Below are positions 18,859 to 28,327 of a stretch of 64,000 nt of DNA, piece after piece. Position 1 is the stretch's first letter, and each line of letters starts with the position of its first letter. A program made the position numbers and the translations under genes. The DNA lies in assembly GCA_027366035.1 (NCBI GenBank), contig DAHXLK010000052.1, positions 1,949 to 65,948 on the forward strand. Direction: 5' to 3'. The DNA is from Chlamydiota bacterium (GTDB lineage Bacteria; Chlamydiota; Chlamydiia; Chlamydiales; SM23-39). The notes below the pieces were generated by a model. That model was given only the letters and a program-made list of their open reading frames with translations, was not told where the DNA came from and made no database searches.

Positions 18859-19589
18859 ATCATTCGGTAGTGGTTGGCGGCACTAAAGGTCTAGGAAAGG
18901 TGGTCGTTAAAAAATTGCTGGCAAGAGGGGACCTTGTCTCTATTTTAGCTAGAAATAGTTATTCCGATCTTTTTTCTGAAAACGCCCACTCTTTTCCTGC
19001 CGATATTACCCAAAAAGAGGAACTATTATCCTCGTTACAGAGTATTGTGGAGAAGTTTTCAAAGGTGAACTACCTCGTCTTTTTACAACGTTACCGTGGG
19101 GACAAAGATGATTGGGAAGGGGAGTTTCATACTAGCCTTACCGCCACCCGCCATATCATCGATTTTTTTATTCCTCATTTTCAAGAGGTTGGAGATAAAG
19201 CGATCGTCATGGTGAGCTCGGTCTTTGCTAAATATGTGGGAAAGGGGCAACCTCCAAGTTATCATGTGATGAAGGCGGGACTCGATCAGCTGATGCGTTA
19301 TTATGCGGTGAATTTAGGGGAACAGGGGATTAGGTCAAATGGGATCACCCCCTTTACCTTTTTAAAAGAAGAGTCAAAACATTTTTATCTCAATAATGAG
19401 CCTCTACATAATTTATATAAAAAGATCATCCCTCTGCAGCGGATGGGAACCACCGAAGATTCGGCCGATGTGATTGAATTTTTATGTAGTCCTAAGGCGG
19501 GTTATCTGACGGGGCAAAATATCGTTGTAGATGGTGGTCTTTCGTTAGTATGGCCTGAAACGTTAGCTAGGAGTCTCGCAAAATTATGA
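18855..19589 (+). CDS. short-chain dehydrogenase/reductase (classical SDR)
   Basis: VVVGGTKGLGKVV cofactor motif and YHVMK catalytic motif. Confidence 0.75.
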   Translation: MNHSVVVGGTKGLGKVVVKKLLARGDLVSILARNSYSDLFSENAHSFPADITQKEELLSSLQSIVEKFSKVNYLVFLQRYRGDKDDWEGEFHTSLTATRHIIDFFIPHFQEVGDKAIVMVSSVFAKYVGKGQPPSYHVMKAGLDQLMRYYAVNLGEQGIRSNGITPFTFLKEESKHFYLNNEPLHNLYKKIIPLQRMGTTEDSADVIEFLCSPKAGYLTGQNIVVDGGLSLVWPETLARSLAKL

Positions 19590-20809
19590 AGCGAGATCGA
19601 TGTATCCTCTGTGACGAAGAAAGGCTTGTCAAAATCCTTCCTATGAGGCCTTCACCTATTGCCGACGCTTTTGTCTGTGAAAAAGTAGAGCAAGAGTTGA
19701 TCCCCTTAGATCTCTATCAGTGTGGGAAGTGTGGCCATACTCAAAATATCGACCGAGTCGACCCCGAACGTCTTTTTAGAAAATATCTCTTTACCACAAA
19801 AAGCTCCCCTTATCTGGTCAAACATTTCGCTGCTTATGCTGAAGAAGCAGTAAAAAGGTTCTCTCTTCCTCCGCAAGCGTTTGTGTGTGAAATAGGAAGC
19901 AATGATGGGACCCTCCTACAATTTTTCAAGGAGAAAAAGATGTCGGTATTAGGGGTTGACCCTGCTGTGGAAATTGCCAATCTAGCAACAGGGCAAAATA
20001 TTCCTACTATCCCCGATTTTTTTTCTTCTATCCTTGCTGCTTCGATAAAAAAGGAAAAAGGGGTAGCAAAACTGATTGTTGCCAACAATGTTTATGCCCA
20101 TACCGACCGGCTAAGAGACATCACGAAAGGGATTGAATTATTACTCGATGACGATGGGGTGTTTATCTTCGAAGTCTCCTATCTTTTAGATATTATCGAT
20201 AATTTTCTTTTCGACACCATCTATCATGAACATCTCTGCTATCATTCGATCACACCATTAATCCCCTTTTTTCAAGGGTTGGGATTAGAACTCTTTTCAG
20301 TAGAGAGGATTCCTAGCAAAGGGGGATCAATCCGTGCTTTTGTGCAAAAACAAGGGGGGCCTCACAAAAAAGAAGCTGTGATCGATCAGATGGTCGAGAA
20401 TGAAAAGAAAAGGGGGTTACATCTCCCGGAAATATTTCGCCGGTTTTATCAAGATATAAACAAAAAAAAGGGGGCTCTGTTAGAGGCTATTGCCCGGGCA
20501 GAGTCTGAGAAAAAACAGATCGTAGGCTATGGCGCTTCGAATACGGTGACAACTCTGATCTATCAATTTGAGCTGGAAAAACGACTAACCTATCTTGTCG
20601 ACGATAATGTTAAAAAACATCACCTTTTCAGCCCCGGGGCTCATTTAAAAGTTTTTCCAAGCAAAGCCCTTTATGAAAATTTTCCCGCCCTCGTGATCCT
20701 TTTGGCCTGGCAATACGCTACACCGATTTTGCAAAAACATAGCCAATTTATCGAAAATGGGGGTGTTTTTATTATCCCCCTACCTACTTTACAGATAATA
20801 AAAAAATGA
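19586..20809 (+). CDS. NDP-hexose C-methyltransferase-like protein (third paralog)
   Basis: CILCDE..CGKCGH Zn-ribbon, VCEIGSNDGTLL core, and IVGYGASNTVTTLIY..DDNVKKHH C-terminal domain. Confidence 0.7.
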   Translation: MKRDRCILCDEERLVKILPMRPSPIADAFVCEKVEQELIPLDLYQCGKCGHTQNIDRVDPERLFRKYLFTTKSSPYLVKHFAAYAEEAVKRFSLPPQAFVCEIGSNDGTLLQFFKEKKMSVLGVDPAVEIANLATGQNIPTIPDFFSSILAASIKKEKGVAKLIVANNVYAHTDRLRDITKGIELLLDDDGVFIFEVSYLLDIIDNFLFDTIYHEHLCYHSITPLIPFFQGLGLELFSVERIPSKGGSIRAFVQKQGGPHKKEAVIDQMVENEKKRGLHLPEIFRRFYQDINKKKGALLEAIARAESEKKQIVGYGASNTVTTLIYQFELEKRLTYLVDDNVKKHHLFSPGAHLKVFPSKALYENFPALVILLAWQYATPILQKHSQFIENGGVFIIPLPTLQIIKK

Positions 20810-21927
20810 CCCATTTAGACTTTTACCAAGCTCACCGTATCGCCCCTGTCAGTTATGACATGTCGGATATGGAGGCCCATCTCAAACGGAGGGAGTCGCT
20901 CTATCTCCATTTAAAGCTACCTCCGATTGCCTTTCGCGGGGCTAAGGTGTTAGAGGTGGCGGCGGGGTTAGGGCATAATAGTCTCTACGTTGCCCATATG
21001 AGACCTTCTAAGCTTGTCCTTTTGGAACCGAATCCTACTGCAGTGGAGGGGATCCATCATGCCTTTGCGACTTTCGACAAAAAGCACACTTTTCCTGAGG
21101 TGGTTGCGGAGAAATTGGAAGAATATATTTCCCAAGATCCTTTCGACATTGTCCTTTGTGAAAATTGGTTGGGAACTTCAAAACATGAGCGTTCTTTATT
21201 GCATAAGCTACTAAACCTTTGTTCTTCTTCCGGGCATCTTGTGATCACGACGATCTCTCCGATTGGTTTTGTTCCTAACCTCCTCCGGAGGTTTTTAGCT
21301 CGATTTATAGCTCCTATATCGTTAGATTTTCAGACGAGGACCTCTCGGCTATTAAAAGCATTTTCCCCCCATCTTAAAACGGTACAAAGCATGACTCGGA
21401 GCCATAAAGATTGGGTGCAAGATAACCTGTTAAACCCTGCCTATTTTGGGATAGCTCTCAGCCTCCCCAAAGTGATCGAAGAAATTGGGGGGAGGTGTTA
21501 TGTGATCGGTACTTCTCCCTCTTTTATCGAGGATTGGCGCTGGTTTAAAAGTCTTTATCGAGATTCTCAAAAATGGAATGAACTTGCCCTGTTACAATAC
21601 CGGATAAAAGCCCATAATTTTTTAGACTATCGTGAGCCTCCGACAACAGGGGACCCATTAGTGAATCAAGCCTTAGAAGAAAAGGCCGAAGCGCTTATCG
21701 AGGCGGTGCATAAAGATGAAATTAACCCCTCTTTTCAAAATGTCCTTACCTTATTACAAGAGTTTTTATCTCTCCTCCCTCCTCATCTACCTGCTTTTGC
21801 TGCCTTACAGGAAGTAGAAGTAGCCGTAGGAGAGCTGATGAAGGGAAAACCCCTTCCTCCTATGCAAAAATTTTCACCGCTATTTGGCCGTGAGACTCTC
21901 TACCTTTCTTTAAAGACGTACTCATGA
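20806..21927 (+). CDS. SAM-dependent methyltransferase-like protein with long C-terminal extension
   Basis: VLEVAAGLGHNSLYVA motif-I-like segment. The remainder is unrecognised. Confidence 0.5.
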   Translation: MTHLDFYQAHRIAPVSYDMSDMEAHLKRRESLYLHLKLPPIAFRGAKVLEVAAGLGHNSLYVAHMRPSKLVLLEPNPTAVEGIHHAFATFDKKHTFPEVVAEKLEEYISQDPFDIVLCENWLGTSKHERSLLHKLLNLCSSSGHLVITTISPIGFVPNLLRRFLARFIAPISLDFQTRTSRLLKAFSPHLKTVQSMTRSHKDWVQDNLLNPAYFGIALSLPKVIEEIGGRCYVIGTSPSFIEDWRWFKSLYRDSQKWNELALLQYRIKAHNFLDYREPPTTGDPLVNQALEEKAEALIEAVHKDEINPSFQNVLTLLQEFLSLLPPHLPAFAALQEVEVAVGELMKGKPLPPMQKFSPLFGRETLYLSLKTYS

Positions 21928-22224
21928 ATAGGATACGTTCCAATATTGATTTGCAAGAAAAAGAAAAGAACTGTAAAAGCAAACAATAGATCTCTTGCGT
22001 AACCAAGGCTTCGCCGCTTTTGGGGATTATTGTGGCCGATTTTTGCTTTTTTTCGCAGACAATGGAATACAACCCCCGCAAAAAGAATCGAAAACACGGC
22101 TTAAAAGAACCCCAAAATCGACAAAAGCTTAGTTACGCAAAAGGTTAAATAGAAGTTGCTTGAAAGTCGAGACCTTGGAAAGACTTATGGCCTTATCGCA
22201 CAATTTTTTAGATACAAGCATTTT

Positions 22225-22809
22225 ATGAGGTATGCCTTACTTTTTTTATTCTTCTTTCCCCTTTATGGAGTTACACAGGAAGAGGCCTTCAACCGTTTAA
22301 TCATAGGGAACAAACAGTTTGCGAAAGGGGAAAGTGGCTATGCCAAGGAAGAACGAACTGACATAATTGCTCAACAAAACCCCTTTGCTATAATCCTCTC
22401 TTGCTCCGACTCTAGATTACCTCCAGAATCGATTTTTAACCAGAGATTGGGGGACCTTTTCGTAGTGAGGGTGGCAGGCAATGTAGCCGGCCCCATAGAA
22501 TTGCAAAGCATCGAGTATGCTGTTTTACACTTACACCCACGTTTACTAGTTGTCCTTGGCCATGAGAACTGTGGAGCCGTTACGGCCACTCTTACCGGAG
22601 ATACTCAAGATATTGAAACCATTGCGGAACTCATCAGACAAGCCGTAACCAAAGGAGAGGCTCTACAACAAGCGGTTAAAGCTAATGTCAAAAATGTAAT
22701 CAGATATCTTCAACAAACGCCTCATCTAAAATCTCTTATTGATCAAGGGAAAATAGAGATAAAAGGTGGATACTATTCAATGCAGACCGGTTTAGTGACA
22801 TGGCTGTAA
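22225..22809 (+). CDS. beta-class carbonic anhydrase with N-terminal signal/anchor
   Basis: CSDSRLPPE and GHENCGAV zinc-ligand motifs. The start at MRYALLFLFFFPLYG is preferred to the tracked TTG at 22156. Confidence 0.8.
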   Translation: MRYALLFLFFFPLYGVTQEEAFNRLIIGNKQFAKGESGYAKEERTDIIAQQNPFAIILSCSDSRLPPESIFNQRLGDLFVVRVAGNVAGPIELQSIEYAVLHLHPRLLVVLGHENCGAVTATLTGDTQDIETIAELIRQAVTKGEALQQAVKANVKNVIRYLQQTPHLKSLIDQGKIEIKGGYYSMQTGLVTWL

Positions 22810-22810
22810 C

Positions 22811-24474
22811 TATTTGTTAGCGTTTTTTAGAAATGTCACCCTCATTACTCCAAAGCGGGTGCCACTGTTTGATTGTTACGAGTCTATTTTAGCATGAATG
22901 TCTTTGCTATGCCAGGCTTAGCTTTTGTCCGCGCCGGCAGGCTGGGGGGAGTTTGAGGGGGCTTTCCCCCTCATAAAAACTCTATAAATACGCGAAGCAT
23001 TAGAGTCCAAAATCAGATGTCGGTCGCCTCGACCGCATCTGATGCGGAGCGGGGGGTGCCGGGGGGCTTGGCCCCCCGACAAGACGTAACATGCACAAGA
23101 TTGAGGGTTCAACTCCTACTGGCCAGTACCGGCCTCCGGCTAAAGCCACGCGGCCCACTCTTCCACGGATGGCCCCGTCCGGGTCGATATTTCGTTGTAT
23201 TTTTGTTTTGCAGTTTTTCCATCAGCTCCTTAGCACTGACCTCCTCTGCTCGAGCTTGCATTTGGTGGTAGGGCACCGCTTTCAGAACATTGCCTTTGTA
23301 CTCGATGCTGATCCGTCCGTCTCTAAATTCCAACACTTCCACTGATGCTTTCCTCATTGCATAACTCGCCCTTTCACTAATGATTTGATAAATCACGTTC
23401 TTGTATTGTAAAGTCAGATTCTTGGACAGCTGCCTCCGCGTCTTCAAACACAGGATCCTATCGAGAGATTGCGTGGGGAGGATGGGTCGGTGCGCGTTGG
23501 TTGTATCTTGTGGGGGTTTGGCAAATCGTTTGTTAAAATCGTCGATAAAAGACGACAAGAAAGCATTCGCTTCTTCGAGGGTGGCAATCTTCTCTAGTCG
23601 CATTGCTTTGATCAATCGGTCTTGTAAATCTCTATGACGCCTTTCAACGCGCCCTTTTGCTTGCGGAGTATTTGCACAAATCAGTTGGATATCCAATTCT
23701 TTCATTGCTCGGCCGAATTCGGTCATCCCATTTCCTGATAATGCCCCTTCTCGATTCACGCGGAATACTGCGTGTTTATCAGGATACAGTGCTTGCGGTC
23801 GTCCATAACGCTCGATGTATTCACTCATCACCTCTAAATAATCGAGCAAGTTTTCGGATTTTACAAATTTGAGCAACAGGATCTTGCTCGTCGCATCATC
23901 GATAAATGATAGGAGGGTACAATAAGGCCCACGCCCCTCAAACCATTCATGTTCGGAACCATCCAATTGGATCAATTCCCCTTCTCTAGGTCTCCTCGGT
24001 CTCAATTGAAATATCCGCCTCCTTCGATGTTTCTTGGGAAGCCAAATCCGGTGCTCAACCATCACATTTCGAACTGTACTTATCGAGATGGGCAGGCGGT
24101 CCTTTTCGGATAAATACTCCTGAGCCAGGGTAGGCCCAAAATCGGTATAATGGTCTCGGATTAGGCCTAGAGCCAGTTCCTTCAATCCAGTGGGCAGCCG
24201 GTGATTCCCAGGCTTGCCCACTTTCCGGGATATTAGCCCTGAAGGGCCCTCTCTTTTGAGTCGTTTGGATAGCCGTTTAACCTGCCTTGTGCTCAGTCCC
24301 AGGATAGCGGCGGTCTGTGCTAACGTTTGCCGTTTTTCATGAGCCTTTTGCAGCTCCTCATATCTAGACAAGTCCTTGTCACTCATTGATATACGCTCCT
24401 TCATGCGTCACTCCACTAAGATTCAATATCTTACGGATATCAAAGGTGACGTTTTAAAAAAACGCCTACAAATA
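22811..24474 (-). mobile_element. insertion sequence, ISNCY-type, about 1.66 kb, apparently intact
   Basis: Terminal inverted repeats match at about 25 of 30 positions: tatttgttagcgttttttagaaatgtcacc (22811-22840) and the reverse complement of ggtgacgttttaaaaaaacgcctacaaata (24445-24474). There is a single transposase ORF. Composition is visibly more GC-rich than the flanks. Confidence 0.75.
23109..24404 (-). CDS. DDE (rve-type) transposase, ISNCY family-like
   Basis: N-terminal HTH (LGLSTRQVKRLSKRLKREGPSGLISRKVGKPGNHRL), then LIQLDGSEHEWFEGRG..FIDDATS..LYPDKHAVF..AKGRVERRH, a pattern recalled from ISNCY transposases. Confidence 0.7.
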   Translation of the reverse strand: MKERISMSDKDLSRYEELQKAHEKRQTLAQTAAILGLSTRQVKRLSKRLKREGPSGLISRKVGKPGNHRLPTGLKELALGLIRDHYTDFGPTLAQEYLSEKDRLPISISTVRNVMVEHRIWLPKKHRRRRIFQLRPRRPREGELIQLDGSEHEWFEGRGPYCTLLSFIDDATSKILLLKFVKSENLLDYLEVMSEYIERYGRPQALYPDKHAVFRVNREGALSGNGMTEFGRAMKELDIQLICANTPQAKGRVERRHRDLQDRLIKAMRLEKIATLEEANAFLSSFIDDFNKRFAKPPQDTTNAHRPILPTQSLDRILCLKTRRQLSKNLTLQYKNVIYQIISERASYAMRKASVEVLEFRDGRISIEYKGNVLKAVPYHQMQARAEEVSAKELMEKLQNKNTTKYRPGRGHPWKSGPRGFSRRPVLASRS

Positions 24475-24834
24475 AATTTATTAAATTGTAAAATTTATTA
24501 TAAATATAATATAATTAATGTTAGCGATAGTAATAAATAAAATTAAATTAAGGATTGTTTTATGAGCGGGAATGCTACACGTCTATTAGGACAAGGACAA
24601 CAAAGAACATATGGTTCAGCAGCAGGCAAGGACATTTGTCCTCAAGCCGCCGCCCCTGCTTCTTCCGAAGTACGACTGGTGGCGAAGAAGGTCCAACTCT
24701 GGTTGTCATCATTTAGCGGCAAAGCAGAACGCGCACCGTTGAATAATCGTTCCTGAAATAAGAAGCAAATTTTTTAGGATCAGACTGTTAACATTGAAAG
24801 TGGCTTTGTTGGATAATTACGCGCTACGCGCGTT

Positions 24835-24945
24835 CATCGAGTAGGAGGGGGCAATTAACCCCCGTCCTACTCGATGACGAGAGAGCTGCTCTTTGATCGA
24901 AGTGCAGCGCGCTTTACATGGATCATGGATTGCGTAAGGTGAGTT
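24835..24945. repeat. second repeat module (module C, long form) containing a 17-bp-stem hairpin
   Basis: gacgagagagctgctctttgatcgaagtgcagcgcgctttacatggatcatggattgcgtaaggtgagtt matches the reverse complement of 37852-37920 and the short form at 54145-54183. Hairpin catcgagtaggaggggg-caattaa-cccccgtcctactcgatg lies at 24835-24876. Confidence 0.75.
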
Positions 24946-24957
24946 TACAGCCTGAAA

Positions 24958-25018
24958 GGGACTGTTGAAATCTCCCATTTGGTTACAATTTTACCCTTGC
25001 TTCCCCGGATATGTCTAT
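24958..25018. repeat. partial copy of the palindromic element family (A arm, truncated core)
   Basis: gggactgttgaaatctcccatttggttacaattttacccttgcttccccggat, followed by atgtctat. It lies just downstream of the clpC stop. Confidence 0.8.
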
Positions 25019-25036
25019 TGAACACAAAGGATTTTG

Positions 25037-27529
25037 CTATTCAGCGAGGTTTACAAGCTGGGCAGCCTTTTTCCTCTCTTTAAAGACAATTTTCTCATTC
25101 TCTATAGAGATAATAAAGACCTTATCTTGCCCCGGTTCTTTGAGAAGCTTCTCCGCTAGTGGATCTTCGATAAACTGCTCAATAGTCCTCCTGATCGGCC
25201 TTGCCCCCATTTCAGGTTGATACCCTTTTTCTACCAAGAACTCTTTAGCTTTGGGGTCAAGCTCAAGGACAATTTTTTTATCAGCAAGCCTATTTTGTAA
25301 CTTGCCGAGTTCTAGATCGATTACCGTTTTTAAAGACTCTTTATCGAGAGTTTTAAAGATGACAATTCCATCGATCCTATTGAGAAGCTCGGGTTTAAAA
25401 TGTTTTTTCACGGCTCCTAAGATTTTTTCTTCCATTGTTTTATAGTCTAGGACCCCCTCTTTTGCCCCGAAGCCTACCTCGGTGGATTTGCGGATGAGGT
25501 CGGCCCCTAAATTAGAGGTCATGATGATGATGGTATTACGGAAGTCGATCTTGCGCCCAAGAGAGTCGGTCAGCCGCCCCTCTTCGAGGATTTGAAGGAG
25601 GAGGTTCATCACATCGGGATGGGCCTTTTCAACCTCATCAAAGAGGACGACACAGTAGGGCCTTTGCCTTACCTGTTCTGTAAGTTGGCCCCCTTCTTCA
25701 TAGCCCACATAGCCCGGAGGCGATCCGGTCATCCGACTGATGGCAAATTTTTCCATGTACTCGGACATATCGACTTGGATGAGGGCGTCTTCCCCTCCAA
25801 ACATATGGGCAGCTAGTTTTTGTGCCATGAGGGTTTTGCCAACGCCTGTAGGGCCTAAAAACAGGAAGGCGCCAATAGGTCTATTGGGATCTTTGATATT
25901 GGCCTTACTTCTACGGATCGCTCTACAGATCATTTTAAGGGCGTCATCTTGTCCGATGATCTCCTTTTTTAGCTCCTCTTCCATTTTTAAGATTTTTTGC
26001 GTCTCCTCTTCTGTGAGCCGGGTAACGGGAATGCCTGTCTGTTTGGCTACTACTTTGGCAATCTCCTCTTCATCGACGATGGCCAGATGCTCTTCTTTAT
26101 GACTTTCCCACTGAACCCTAGTCTGTTGCAACTTCTCTCTTAACTTTTTCTCGGTATCTCTCAGCTTAGCTGCCTTTTCATATTCCTGCTTTCCGATGGC
26201 TTCTTCTTTGGCAATCCGGCTTGTTTCAATCTCTTTTTCTAGGTCGGTCACCTCAGAGGGCTGATGCATCGACTGAATCCTCGCCTGGGCCCCTGCTTCA
26301 TCTAGAAGGTCGATCGCTTTATCGGGTAAGAACCTGCCGGTAATGTACCGGTTGGAAAGATCGACGGCACTTTTAATCGCGTTATCGGTATAGCTACATT
26401 TATGATGCTCTTCGTATTTGGGTTTAAGCCCAACTAAGATGGCAACACTTTCTTCTAGGCTAGGAGGGGTAACTATGATTTTTTGGAACCTCCTCTCAAG
26501 TGCCGCGTCTTTTTCGATATGCTTGCGATATTCATCTAAGGTAGTAGCGCCGATACACTGGATTTCTCCGCGGGAAAGGGCAGGTTTTAAGATATTGGAG
26601 GCATCTATAGCCCCTTCGGCAGCACCAGCGCCTACAATCGTATGTATTTCATCGATAAAGAGTAAGACGTTGCCATTTTTTTTAATCTCATCCATTACCG
26701 CTTTGATACGCTCTTCAAATTGCCCCCGGTATTTGGTCCCTGCGATCATCAAAGTAAGGTCGAGAGATATTAATTTTTTATTTCTCAAATTCTCAGGGAC
26801 GTTGCCGCTGACTATTGCATGAGCAAGCCCTTCGACGATAGCGGTTTTTCCAACGCCTGCTTCTCCGATGAGTACAGGGTTGTTTTTCCTCCTTCGGCAG
26901 AGGATGAGAATCAACCTTTCTACCTCTTCTTTTCTTCCGATGACCGGATCCATTTTCCCTTCCCGGCACATCTCGGTAAGGTCATGGCCATAAGCCCGAA
27001 GGGCCGGCATTTTATCGGCCGCCTGCGACCGATCTTGTGGCCGCTGTGCAGCTGTCATACTGCCGGCTCCTACAGGAGGGAGTTGTAGGTTGAAAGTTTC
27101 TAACTCCTTTAAGACCTCTTTGCGGATCTCTTTTAGGTTGACGTTAAGATTTTCCAGCACTTGCGCGGCCACCCCATCGGTTTGCCTAAGCAGAGCAAGG
27201 AGAAGATGTTCAGTCCCGACATAGTTATGTCCCAGGCCGGTTGCTTCTTCATTGGCATATTCAAACACTTTTTTTACCTTGCCGGTCAAAGCAGGGTCTC
27301 CGTAGACTTGTAATTCAGGGCCAAAGCCGACAATCCTCTCTATTTCGGCACGGATGATTTCGTAATCGAGATTGAGGTTGCGTAGCACATTGACGGCGAT
27401 CCCTTGACCTAACTTCAAAAGTCCGAGTAGGATATGTTCGGTCCCCAAATAATTGTGGTTGAGTCTTTGGGCCTCTTTTTTGGCTAATTTGATGACTTGT
27501 TTGGCTCTATTAGTAAATTTATCAAACAT
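25037..27529 (-). CDS. clpC: ATP-dependent Clp protease ATP-binding subunit ClpC
   Basis: Clp_N repeats ([38 protein letters not shown]), two Walker A sites ([16 protein letters not shown]) and a UVR-like linker. 830 aa. Confidence 0.95.
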   Translation of the reverse strand: MFDKFTNRAKQVIKLAKKEAQRLNHNYLGTEHILLGLLKLGQGIAVNVLRNLNLDYEIIRAEIERIVGFGPELQVYGDPALTGKVKKVFEYANEEATGLGHNYVGTEHLLLALLRQTDGVAAQVLENLNVNLKEIRKEVLKELETFNLQLPPVGAGSMTAAQRPQDRSQAADKMPALRAYGHDLTEMCREGKMDPVIGRKEEVERLILILCRRRKNNPVLIGEAGVGKTAIVEGLAHAIVSGNVPENLRNKKLISLDLTLMIAGTKYRGQFEERIKAVMDEIKKNGNVLLFIDEIHTIVGAGAAEGAIDASNILKPALSRGEIQCIGATTLDEYRKHIEKDAALERRFQKIIVTPPSLEESVAILVGLKPKYEEHHKCSYTDNAIKSAVDLSNRYITGRFLPDKAIDLLDEAGAQARIQSMHQPSEVTDLEKEIETSRIAKEEAIGKQEYEKAAKLRDTEKKLREKLQQTRVQWESHKEEHLAIVDEEEIAKVVAKQTGIPVTRLTEEETQKILKMEEELKKEIIGQDDALKMICRAIRRSKANIKDPNRPIGAFLFLGPTGVGKTLMAQKLAAHMFGGEDALIQVDMSEYMEKFAISRMTGSPPGYVGYEEGGQLTEQVRQRPYCVVLFDEVEKAHPDVMNLLLQILEEGRLTDSLGRKIDFRNTIIIMTSNLGADLIRKSTEVGFGAKEGVLDYKTMEEKILGAVKKHFKPELLNRIDGIVIFKTLDKESLKTVIDLELGKLQNRLADKKIVLELDPKAKEFLVEKGYQPEMGARPIRRTIEQFIEDPLAEKLLKEPGQDKVFIISIENEKIVFKERKKAAQLVNLAE

Positions 27530-27586
27530 GTATGCTCTCTTTGGTTAAGGCTACAAATTACTCCTATATAGTATTGTACCTCTTTT

Positions 27587-28327
27587 TTGTCATTTTTGTC
27601 AGATCTAGGGAAGGACATAGTGCTAAAAATTTTAGATACAGGGGCATCTGACGCAAAAAAAAATATGGAAATAGATGGGGAGCTCCTCGCTTCTCTGCAG
27701 GAGCCCACCCTCCATTTCTATGACTGGAAGGGAGATTCTCTTACCTATGGGTATTTCATCCGTCTTGAAAAATTTTTGAACCTTAACGCACTAGATAGGT
27801 TGCAGATAGGATATGCGAGAAGGCCTACAGGAGGCGGCATTACTTTTCATCTATGGGACTTTGCCTTTTCTTTTCTTTTGCCTGCTACCTCTTTTTATTT
27901 TTCTTTAAATCCATTGGAAAATTATCGGTTTGTAAACTGTATAGTCTTAAACGGTATAAAAAACTATTTCGGCCTAAAAAATATCGAGCTCGTCTCGTTT
28001 AAAGGCAAAGGAGCTTGTCATTTTTGCATGGAAAAACCTACCGAATATGATGTTGTCTATCAGGGACTCAAAATTGCAGGGGCGGCGCAAAGGTTAAAAA
28101 AACAGGGCTACTTGCATCAGGGGAGTATCTCTTTAGTCCCCCCTGAGGAAAAGATCTTATCCCAAGTGCTCCTCTCAAACGAGGTTCTTAGCAAGATACA
28201 AACCTATAGCTTTGCCCCCGTTGCTTCTCCTTTACAGCTACAAGGGACAAGAAGGGGGATCAAAGAAATGCTTATCCAAGAGTTTCGAAAAATTATTTCG
28301 TGTGATACCCTTTACTCCTCATTATGA
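27587..28327 (+). CDS. lplA: lipoate-protein ligase / octanoyltransferase family protein
   Basis: RRPTGGGITFH and KIAGAAQR motifs of the BPL/LplA/LipB family. It is divergent from clpC, as in Chlamydia. The tracked start is a non-ATG codon. Confidence 0.7.
   Translation: MSFLSDLGKDIVLKILDTGASDAKKNMEIDGELLASLQEPTLHFYDWKGDSLTYGYFIRLEKFLNLNALDRLQIGYARRPTGGGITFHLWDFAFSFLLPATSFYFSLNPLENYRFVNCIVLNGIKNYFGLKNIELVSFKGKGACHFCMEKPTEYDVVYQGLKIAGAAQRLKKQGYLHQGSISLVPPEEKILSQVLLSNEVLSKIQTYSFAPVASPLQLQGTRRGIKEMLIQEFRKIISCDTLYSSL

Noticed and set aside
21860-22097. Two overlapping minus-strand ORFs (73 and 65 aa) between the glycan cluster and the carbonic anhydrase gene
   Set aside because: They are mutually exclusive frames that overlap the end of 20806..21927, with no recognisable RBS or motif. 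One has hydrophobic stretches, but the evidence is insufficient.
22918-23345. ORFs 22918..23112 (-), 23017..23271 (+) and 23091..23345 (+), plus other short plus-strand ORFs inside the IS
   Set aside because: They lie in the GC-rich hairpin region or antisense to the transposase. Their Arg/Pro/Gly-rich products look like compositional artefacts.
22800-24485. Target-site duplication flanking the IS, and likewise for the palindromic elements
   Set aside because: No convincing direct repeat was found at the junctions by eye. The apparent tttag/ctaaa next to element tips looks like an extension of the inverted repeat rather than a duplication.
25251-27088. Plus-strand ORFs of 64-134 aa inside the clpC region
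   Set aside because: They are entirely antisense to a full-length, strongly conserved ClpC reading frame. Their low-complexity Ser/Leu/Ile-rich products are typical of antisense artefacts.
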